This document shows, piece by piece, positions 20,578-30,700 of a DNA stretch of 59,208 nt (its first letter is position 1; the number at the start of each line of letters is the position of its first letter). Below the pieces are notes generated by a model. That model was given only the letters and a program-made list of their open reading frames with translations, did no database searches and had not been told where the DNA came from. The position numbers and the translations under genes are program-made. The DNA is from Myxococcota bacterium. GTDB taxonomy: Bacteria > Myxococcota_A > Polyangia > Polyangiales > Sandaracinaceae. The stretch spans positions 1-59,208 of the forward strand of contig JAYZQJ010000142.1 in NCBI GenBank assembly GCA_036149055.1, given 5' to 3'.

Positions 20578-21698
20578 CGTTCCTGAAGAAGCACTGGCGC
20601 ACCGCCGCGGTGATCCTCGCCTGCGCCGCGATGCTCACCGTGATCACGCGCTCCGCGCTCGCCGGGCCGGCGACCCAGCCCCGTGACGCCGACGTCGCGG
20701 AGGCGGACGCGATCCTCTCCCCCGGCGCGCTCCGGGCCGAGCGCCCCGAGGGGGAGTGGGTCGGCGGCCTCGGCGTGGTGGAGCCGGCGCGGCCCGAGAG
20801 CGAGCTGTCGTTCGCGGTCGCCGGGCGCGTCGCCGCGGTGCACGTCGACGAGGGTCAGCGCGTCGAGGCGGGGGAGGCGCTCGTCGAGCTCGAGTCCGGC
20901 GTGGAGCGCGCCCAGCTGGCGGCGGCCGAGGCCGAGGTCGCGCAGGCGGAGGCCGAGCTGCTGCGCGCGCGTCGCGGGCTCCGGCCGGAGGAGCGGAGCG
21001 CGCTCGAGGCCGAGTCCGAGGCGGCGCGGGCGCGCGCGGAGCTCGCCCAGGGGGTGCTCGAGCGGCTGGAGGCGGCGAGCGCCGGCGGCGGCGTCTCGCG
21101 GGACGAGCTCGCGCGGGCCCAGCGCGAGGCGGAGGCGGCCGACCGCACGGCGACCGCCGCGACCTCGAGGCTGCGCGCCGGCTCCCGCGGCCGGGTCGAG
21201 GACGTGCGCATCGCCCAGGCCCGGCTGGCCGCCGCCGAGGCTCGCCGCGACCAGGCGCGGGCCACGCTCGAGCGGCTCCGGATCGTCGCGCCCACCGCGG
21301 GCGAGGTGCTCGAGGTCCTCTACCGGGTGGGCGAGTACGTGCAGCCGGGCGGCGTCGAGCCGGTGGTGGTCGTCGGCGAGACGTCGAGCCTGCGCGCCCG
21401 GATCGACGTCGACGAGCGCGACGTCGCCCGGGTGCGAGAGGGCGCGCGGGCCCTGGTGACGGTCGACGCCCTCCCCGACCGCCGCTTCGAGGGGCGCGTG
21501 GTCGAGGTCGCGCGACGCATGGGCCGCAAGAACGTCCGCACCGACGAGCCCACCGAGCGCATCGACACGAAGATCCTCGAGGTGGTCGTCGACCTCGGTC
21601 CCATCGACGCGCTGATCGTCGGTCAGCGCGTCATGGGGTACGTCTCGCCCACCGAGGCGGCGAGCCGCGTGTCGCAGCCCACCGCCCGCGGCGAGTGA
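20574..21698 (+). CDS. HlyD-family membrane fusion (efflux adaptor) protein
   Basis: GRVAAVHVDEGQRVEAGEALVEL, coiled coil, IVAPTAGEV, DVDERDVARVREG. Confidence 0.92.
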   Translation: MTFLKKHWRTAAVILACAAMLTVITRSALAGPATQPRDADVAEADAILSPGALRAERPEGEWVGGLGVVEPARPESELSFAVAGRVAAVHVDEGQRVEAGEALVELESGVERAQLAAAEAEVAQAEAELLRARRGLRPEERSALEAESEAARARAELAQGVLERLEAASAGGGVSRDELARAQREAEAADRTATAATSRLRAGSRGRVEDVRIAQARLAAAEARRDQARATLERLRIVAPTAGEVLEVLYRVGEYVQPGGVEPVVVVGETSSLRARIDVDERDVARVREGARALVTVDALPDRRFEGRVVEVARRMGRKNVRTDEPTERIDTKILEVVVDLGPIDALIVGQRVMGYVSPTEAASRVSQPTARGE

Positions 21699-21716
21699 AG
21701 ACGCCGAAGCCGGGCG

Positions 21717-24700
21717 TCAGGCGAGCGGGATGCGGATCCCCAGCTGCTCGCGCAGCCGGAAGTACTCCTCGCTCACGCTGAAGAGCACGAGCTCCTTGAC
21801 CTTCTCCTTGGGCGGGAGGTCGACCGGGCCGGCCGCGCCGAGCTGGGTCACCATGCGCGCGGCGGTCTCGAGGTCGTTGCAGACCAGGAGGCCGGCGCGG
21901 CAGGAGGTCAGCTCGACCGCCTGGAGCCACTTCTTGATGTCGGTGCGGGCGCCGGCGTCGACGAAGCGCTTCGCGAGGCTCCGCAGCGCGTCCCGCTGGG
22001 CCGGCTGCATCTTGGTCGCGATCTGCTGCGCCGCCTGCTCCGCCGCCGGCTCCACCTGAGGCACGACGCCGCTGAGCCGGAGGCCCGCCATCAGCACCGT
22101 CTTCAGCTCGGTGTTCGACTTGAGCATGGTGCGGATGTAGTGCTCGGGCCGGTAGTCGCTGAGGTGGCGACCGGCGACGAACATCAGATCCGAGGGCTGG
22201 AACCCGCTCAGCAGGGTCGCCCCGCTCAGCGACGCCAGCGGCCAGACCGGCATGTGCGTGAGCCCGCCCTGCACGTCGGTGCGCAGGAAGAGCCGCGGCG
22301 CGGGCATGCCGAGCACGTTGGCCACGAAGCCGAAGGTCCGCGCGAAAGTCACCGTGCTCGTCGCCGGATCGACCTCGTGCTTCTTGTTCAGCCCCGCGTC
22401 CTTGTCCGACTGGATCCGGAGCGAGAGCACGGCCGGCCAGATCTGCTCGAAGATCTTCGAGACCAGCAGGTCCTGCTCCGACGACGCCAGGTCCTTCAGC
22501 CAGCGCTCGTCGTTCAACCGGTTGGTCGGGCGGATGGGCCCGCTCGGCCGGTTGTCGGCGAAGAACTGCTGCTGCTCGGCGTCCGCCTTGTTGAGGAAGG
22601 TGAGCGTGCGCGCCAGGCACCACGCCTTGTCGTAGGCGCGCGCGTCGAAGTAGAGCTTGTAGAGCTTCTGGTAGCTGTCGACGCGGTAGGGGTCGCGACG
22701 GAGCAGCCACTGGTGCTCGCCGATGGCGTCGTCGAGCTTCCCGAGCAGCGTGTAGAGCTCCGCCAGGATGACGTGCTCGGTGTCCTGCTCGCGGATGGTG
22801 CTCGCGACCTTGAAGGCCTCGGCCGCGTTCTCGTACTGCTTCAGGCGGTCTCGGTAGATGACGCCGAGGTTGTGCCAGAGGTTGTACTCGAGGTCCTGGT
22901 CGCGGTCGTCCTTGCCGCTGATGCGGTGAAGCATCTTGCGGAAGGCGCGCTCGAGCTGCTTCCAGTCCTTCTTCTGGTTGAGGATCTTGTTGATCGCCTC
23001 GAAGGCCTTCAGCTGCTTCTCGTCGAGATCGAGCGCCTCGTTGAACTTCTCGACCGCGCGGTCGCTGTCCTTGATCTCGTCGCGCAGGATGACCGCGACC
23101 GTGTAGGCGTACTTCGCCTTCGCCTGCTTGCGGTCGTCGAGGTCGCTGACGCGCTGGATGATCTCGATGGCCTCGTCCCACTGCCGCGTCTGCTGGTAGA
23201 GCATGAGCAGCTTGTGGAGCAGCCGGTGGTTGTCCGGCTCGAGCGCGGCCGCCTCGACGTAGGCCTCGATGGCCTTCTGCGCGTTCTTGACCTTCTCGTG
23301 CCAGAGGTCGCCGATCTCGTCGAGCAGGCCGAAGCGCTCCTCGATGTCCGCGATGTCGAGGACCTGCTTCTTGTAGTGGATGACCTGCTCGAAGTCGTTG
23401 GCCTTCTCGTAGACGCTCACCATCGCCTCGAGCGTCGGGCGGTGATGCGGGTCCTCCTCGAGGGCCTTGTCGAACATGTTGAGCGCCTTGCGGCGGTCAC
23501 CCTGCTCGCGCTTGACGATGCCGAGCTTGTAGAAGACGTCCGTGATCTCGTCGCGCCCGAGCGAGTCCCGGTGGTGCACGAGGAGCATCTGGTAGTACTT
23601 GAACGCCTTCTCCCAGTCCTTCGCCTGGTAGTAGGCGTCGGCCAGCTTCAGGAGCGTCGGGAGGTGCTGCTGGTCGAGCTGGTAGGCCTTGGTCAGCGCC
23701 TTGATGGCCGCGTCGCTCTTCTCGAGCTTCAGCGCCGTCTCGCCGAGCATGAGCGAGAGCCGGTGCTGCTCGTGCTCCTCACGCTTGCCCGAGCGCTTCA
23801 CCAGCATGTCGAGGAGCGGGTACGCCTCGTCGTGCCGGCCGGCCTGCACGTACTCCTCGGCGAGCGGGAGCGCGGCCTCCTCGTTGTCGTCGTTCTGCTT
23901 GTAGGCCGCCTCGTAGCACTGGATGGCCCGGTCGTGCTCGTCGAGGCGCTCGTCGTACAGCCGGCCGAGCTCGACGAGGAGCTCGCTCGTCTGACGCGGG
24001 TTCTGCTGGTACTGCGTCTCCTGCTCGAGGGTCCGCGCCGCCGCCAGCCAGTCGCCGGAGTCGATGTAGATCTTGCGCATCGCGGCGAGCGACGGGAGGT
24101 GCCCGGGCTCGACGTCGAGGGCCGCGCGGTAGCTGTCCACCGCGGCGTCGCGATCGGCGAGCTGCTCGTCGAGGATGCGGCCCATCCGGAAGCGCAGGTC
24201 CACCATCTTCTGCGGGTCGGAGACCTGCCTCGACAGCTGCTGCATCATCTCGAGCGCCTGGCTGTAGTCCTCGCGCTTCTCGTAGAGGCGGGTCAGCGCG
24301 TCGAGCGCGCCGGCGTTGTCCTCGTCGATGGCGAGCAGGTTCAGGTAGCTGTCGATGGCCCGATCCTGGTCGTCGAGCTCGACCGCGTAGACCTGACCGA
24401 CGGCCGCGTAGCACTCGACCTTCTCGGTCCGGTCCGGCGTCGCGCTGACGTGCCGCTCGTAGGTCGCGATGAGGTCGTCCCACCGCTGCATGCTGCGGTA
24501 GAGCCGCTCGAGGCCGCGGAGCGCCGTCTCGTTGTTCGGGTCGATGTCGAGCACCTGCTCGAGGCGCTCGGCCGCCTTCTCCGGCTTGACGAACTCCTCC
24601 TCCCACATCGACGCGAGCCGCGTGAGGATGGAGATGCGGTCGCGCTCGGTGGTGACGACCTCGTACTGCCGCTCGAGCACCTGGAGGAGCTCCCGCCACT

Positions 24701-27700
24701 GCTCGCGCTGCGCGTAGAGGCGCTCGAGCCCCTTGAGCGCGTTCAGGTTCGTCGCGTCGACCTCGAGGACCTTCTGGTAGACGTCGATCGCCTGCTCCGG
24801 ATCGTTGATCCGGTCCTCGTAGTTCTCGGCGATGAGCAGCCGGGTCTCGAGGATCTTCTCCGGATCCTCGAGGGCGTCGGCCTTGCGCTGCAGGATCTCG
24901 AGCAGCTCGTTCCAGCGCCCCTCGCGGCGGTAGGTCCGCTCGAGCGCCTCGAGCGCGCCCACGTGGTCGGGGGCGACGTCGAGCGCCTGCTGGTAGTAGC
25001 GGCCGGCCTGGTCCGGCGTGCCGAGCTGGTCCTCGCAGAGCGCGCCCATCTCGACGAGCACGGTCGCCTTGTCCTTGGGCTCCTCGGTCACGTCGACGAG
25101 GCGCTCGAGGACCTGGCCGAGGGTCTGCCACTGCTGCGTGCTGCGGTAGAGGTCGGCCATCTGGCGCATCGCCGCGGCGTTCGCCGGGTCGAGCGCGAGG
25201 ATCTGCTGGTAGTACGGGATCGCGTACTCGGGGTGACCGAGCTCGGTGCCGTACCACTTCGCGCAGCTGAGGCAGATGGCGATCTTGGTCTCGGCGTCCT
25301 CGTCGGGCACCTGCGAGAGCGCGGTGTTGGCGAGGTTCAGCAGCTCGTTCCACTGCTGCGTCAGGCCGGCCAGCCGCTCGAGCTCGTTCGAGGTCGCGCG
25401 GTCGGTGAAGTCCATCTCCCAGGCGACCTGGAGCGCGTTGAACGCCTCGTCCTTGTCGTCGATGTGCTCCTCGTAGACCCGCGCGACGCGGCGGAGCAGC
25501 TCCACCGCCTCCGCGGTGTCCTCCGTCGACTCGACGCGGTTGAGGTACATCTCGACCAGCGGCTCCCAGCGCCCGGCGGCGGTGTGGAGCTGCTCGAGGT
25601 TGTCGAACGCGAGCTGGTGGTTCGGGTCCTGCTCGAGCACGCGCTCGTAGGCGCTCGTGCCCTGGTCGGCGTCCTGGACGTGCACCGCCCACGCCTCGGC
25701 GATGGCGAGCAGCACCTGGACCTTCTGGCTCGGCTCGTCGAGCCCGGCGGCCCGCGTCTCCATCACCTGGATGGCGTCGATCCACTCGCCCTCCTGGCGG
25801 TGGATGCGCTCGAGCGCGTCCATGGCCGGGAAGTTCCGCGGGTTGATCTCGAGCGCGCGACGGTAGCTCTCGATGGCGTCGATCGGCTGCTGCAGCGTGT
25901 GCTCGTAGAGGTTGCCGAGCTGCATGTAGACGGTCTCGAGCGTCGCGTCGTCCAGCGTCGCCGCGCCCACGTCGATGAGCCGGTTGAGGGTGTCGACCCG
26001 CTCGTGGTGCTGACCGGCGCGCTCGTAGATCTCCGCCAGCCCGAAGAGCGCCTCGGCGTTCGTCGGGTCGATGTCGAAGACGCGCTCCCAGCTGTCGATG
26101 GCGCTCCGCTCCTTGCCGAGCTTCGTGTAGAAGATGCGCGCCATGTCCGCGAAGATGCGGATGCGGGTCTCGTCGTCCTCGGCGACGGTCACCTCGCGGT
26201 CGAGGATCTCGACCAGCTCGGCCCAACGCTCGAGCCCGGCGTAGAGGTTGCCGAGGGCGTTGAGCGCCTCGGGGTCCTCACCGCGGAGGTCGAGGACCTC
26301 CTTCCAGAGCTCGATCGCCTTGTCGTAGTCCTGGAGCGCGTCCGACGCGATGCGCGCCATCTTGGCGGTGACGTCGCTGCGGGCGGTGTCGCCGAGCACC
26401 ACGTCGAGCTCCTTCTGGAAGCTCGCGTAGAGGCTCTGCCAGTCCTGCTTCTCGGTGTAGATGTTCTGGAGCGCCTTGATGGCGTTCTCGTGCTCGGGAT
26501 CCAGGTTGGCGAGCAGCCCCTGGTAGACCCCGACCGCCTCGTCGACCCGGCCCAGATCGTTCTCGAGCACCCAGCCGAGCCGGTAGCTCAGCTCGACCTT
26601 CTCGAGCTCGTCCTCGGCCGCCGCGACCCGCTTCTTCAGCGTCTCGGCGAGGGCCTCGTGCGCGCCGTGCTCGGTGTAGATGCGGTCGAGGTTCTCGAGG
26701 CTCTCCCGCTCGCGGTCGTTCGCCTTGAGCACGAAGAGGTAGGACTCGACCGCGCGCTGCACGTCGCCGAGCTCGAGCTCGTAGATCCGCGCCTGCCGCT
26801 TGCCGACGTCGACCACCACCTCGGGCGCCTCGTGCGTCGCGAGCACGTCGGCGTAGGTGTTGGCCAGCTGGTCCCAGCGGTCGAGCATCGCGGCGAGGCG
26901 CTCGACCTCGCTCGCGGTGTGATCGTGGGTCGGGTTCTCGAGGAGCGCCCGCTGCATCCACTCGAGCGCGAGCTGGTGGTCGCTGGCGCGATCCTCGGCG
27001 ATCTCCGCCAGGCGGTGCATCATCGAGATGCGCTCGTCGGCGTCGTCCTGGTAACGGAGCTGGACCTGCTGCACGCCGATGAGGCGGTCCCAGGACTCGC
27101 TCATCCGGTAGAGCGGCTCGAGGATCTCGCCGATCTTCAGGGGCTGGACGCCCTCGGCGAAGAGCATCTCGAGGGCGGCGAGGGCCTGCGAGTGCTCCGG
27201 CGCGGCCGCGAGGATCTCGCGGTACTGCTCGATCGCGTCGTCCACCCGGTTCAGGTAGTGCTGGTACACCTGACCGAGGCGGAACTGGAACGCGAGCACG
27301 TCCTCGGGGCTCGGCGCGAGCTGGACCTCCTTCTGGAGGATCTCGGCGAGCTCCGCCCAGCGCTCGGTCTGCTCGTAGAGCTGGTCGAGCGCCTCGATCG
27401 CCTGCACGTGGTGCGCGTCGGCCTCGAGCACGACGCGGTAGCGCGCGATGGCGTTGTCCACGTCCTCGACCTGGATGAAGTAGATCTGCGCGACGCGCAG
27501 GGCCATGTCGACGAGCAGGTCCGGCTCGCTCTCGCGGAGCTTCTCGATCTCCGCGTCGTAGAGCCGGGTCACCTCGCTCCAGCGGCCGAGCTGATCGGCG
27601 AGCCGCTCGAGGCTGCCCATCGTGTGCTCGTTGGCGTTGTCGAAGGGCAGCGCCCGCGCGTAGGCCTGGAAGGCCTCCTGCGTCTGGTCGAGCTGCATCT

Positions 27701-30700
27701 CGTGGAGCTCCGCCACCTGGTGGAGCAGCTCCACCCGGCGGATCGGATCCTCCTCGTGCCGGATCTGCACCTCGAGCACCGCGACGAGGCGCGCGAACTC
27801 GCCGTACTGCCGGTAGATCGGCTCGAGCACGAGCGCGGCCTGGTTGGGCTCCTTGCCCTCCTGAATCATGCGCTCGAGCGCGTCGAGCGTCGGCTGGTGA
27901 TCCGGGACGAGGGCGAGGATCTCGCGGTAGCCGTCCACCGCGCGCGTCGGGTCTCCGAGCTTGTGATCCCAGAGATCGGCGATGCGGTAGCGGTAGCTGA
28001 TGACCTCGGTCGGGTCCCCGGCGAGGTCGGCGGAGCGCTCGAGGATGGCGCGCAGCTCCTCCCAGTTGCCGCTCGCCTGGTACAGCGCGTCGAGGCGCTG
28101 GATGGCGGTGAGGTCGTCGGGATCGATCTCGAGGATGCGCTGGTAGGTGTCGATCGCCTTGTCGACGTCACCGATCTCGCGCTCGTAGACCGCGCCGACC
28201 TCGAGGTAGAGCGACTTCTTCTCGTCCGGGTCGAAGACGATGTCGGCCTTGCGCTCGTAGTAGCCGAGGAGCGGCTGCCACTTCTCGAGCCGGAGGTGCA
28301 GCTCGATGAGCTTGTCGAGCGCGCGGACCTCCTCCGGGTCGACGCCGAGGACCTTCTCGTAGACCTCGATCGCGTCCTCGGGCTTCTCGAGGATCTCCTC
28401 GTGGATCGCCGCCGCCCGGAAGAGGTGGTCCTTCTGGTCGTCGGGGATGTCGAGGATCTTGGCCTTGTCGAGGAGGATGGCCGCGAGCTCGGGGTAGCGC
28501 TCCGTCATGTGGAACAGGCGCTCGAGCGCGGTGGCCGCCTCGATGTGGTCGGCGTCGAGCGCGAGCACCTGCTGGTAGTGCGCGATCGCCGCGTTCGCGT
28601 CGCCGATCTGCTCCTCGCGGATGACCGCCGCCTTGACGTGCAGCTGGGTCGCGAGGGGCACGTCTTCGAGGCCCTGCACGCGCTGCTCGTAGACCTGCGC
28701 GAGCTCCTCGAACGCGCCGGTCGCCCGGGCGATGCGCTCGAGCTGCTCCTGCGTGTTCAGGTCCGCGGGATCCTCGCCGAGGGCGCGGGCGAACGAGTGG
28801 AACGCGTTGCCGTAGTCCTCGAGCGCGACCTCGTAGAGCTCCGCGATCTGGTGGAGGAGCTCGACCTTCATGTCCGCGCTGTCGGCGTGCGCCGCCTGGA
28901 TCTCGTGGACCTGGATCAGCTTCTCGTACTGGCTCGAGTCCCGGTAGATGGGCTCGAGGATCCCGGCGATGAGCCGCTGGTGCTCCTCGCTCTGGATCAG
29001 CCGCTCGAGCGCGCCGAGCGCCACCTCGTTGTGCGGATCGCGCTCGAGCACCTCGCGGTAAATCTCGATGGCCGCGTCGACCGCGCCCATCTGCGTCTCG
29101 CGCAGGGCGGCCAGGCGCAGCATCAGCGACGTCTGGGCCTCGGGGTCGTCGGCGATGGTGAGCTGCCGGCCGATGTTGTCGGCCAGGTCGCTCCAGCGCT
29201 CGAGCTTCTCGTAGAGCCGGTCGAGCGCGACGAGCGCGCGCTGGCTGGTCGGGTCGAGCTCGAGGATGTCGCTGTAGACCCGGATCGCGCTCTCCGGCTC
29301 CTCGAGCATCTCCTCGTAGATCATCGCGTTCTGCGAGAGGAGCTCCTCCTGGAGCGCCGGATCGTCGGCGAGCTCGGCCTTGCGCCGCATGACGCCGAGC
29401 AGATCACGCCACCGCTCGGTGCGCCGGTAGAGCGCGTCGAGGGCGTCGAGCACCTCCGCGTCGCCCGGGTCGGACTCGAGGATCTGGCTGTAGGCGCGCA
29501 CCGCCGCGTCGACGTCGCCGATCTGCGTGTCGTGGAGCTGCGCCGCCCGCAGGTAGAGCGCCCGCGAGAGCATCGGCTCGGTGCTCTCGGCCGCGAGCTT
29601 CTCGAGCAGCTGCACGAGATCGGGGTAGCGGTTCTGCTCCCCCGCGAGGAGCTCGAGCCGCTCGAGGGTCTGCTCGCTCTCGGGCATCACGCCGAGCGCG
29701 CGCCCGAAGGCGTCGAAGGCCGCGCCCTGGTCGTCGAGCTGCGTCGACTGGACGGTGCCGACCTTCTCGAGGAGCTCGAGCTGGCGCTGCGGGTCCGGGG
29801 TCCCGGCGGCCAGGACCTCGAGCGCGCGGATGAGGGGCTGCCACTGCCCCTGCATCTCGTAGATGGGCTCGAGGATGGTCGCGGCGTGCACGCCGAGGCC
29901 CTCCTGGTCGAGGAAGCTCTCGAGCTTCTCGCGCGCGCCGTCGTGCTCGGGGACGAGCATGAGGACCTCGCGGTAGAGCTCGAGCGAGCGCTCGGCCTCG
30001 TTCAGGTGCTCGGCGGCGACGTTGGCCAGCCGGAACTTGAGCGCGGCCAGCTCCTCGGTGCTCTCGGGCCCGAGGTCGATGCGCCGCTCGAGGGTCGAGG
30101 CGAGATCCGCCCAGCGCTCTTCGGCCTCGTAGAGGCGGTCGAGCGCCGCGTAGGCGTCGGACTCGTCGTCGCCCCACTCGTCGAGGATGCGCTGGTAGGC
30201 GTCGATGGCGTTGTTGGCGTCGGAGAGCTCCGACTCCCACAGCGAGGCGCGCCCGTACGCGAGCTGACGCCGGATCTCGGGATCGCCCTCGAGCTCCATG
30301 CGGCGCTCGTAGATGTCGAGCAGCTCGCGGTACTTCTCGGTCTGACGGTAGAGCGTCTCGAGCGCCTCGATGGCCTCGAGGTTGTCGCCGCGCGCCTCGT
30401 AGACGGCGCGGTACTGCTCGATCGCCTCGTCGATCTTCTCCACCTGCGCGAGCAGGCGGCCGAGCTGGAGGCGCAGATCGATGGCGACGTCCTCGTCGGT
30501 CGCGCCCTCGATGGCCTCGCGGTAGGCGGCGATGCCCTCGTCCCAGCCGTTCGTCGCCTCGGCCATCCGGGCGACGTCCTCGCGGATGATCTCCTGCGTC
30601 GGATCGGCCTTGAACGCCTGGAGGTAGGCGTCGAACGCCTCCTTGGGCTTGCGCAGCTTCTCCTCGTAGAGGAGCCCGCTCTCGCGCAGCAGGTGCACGC

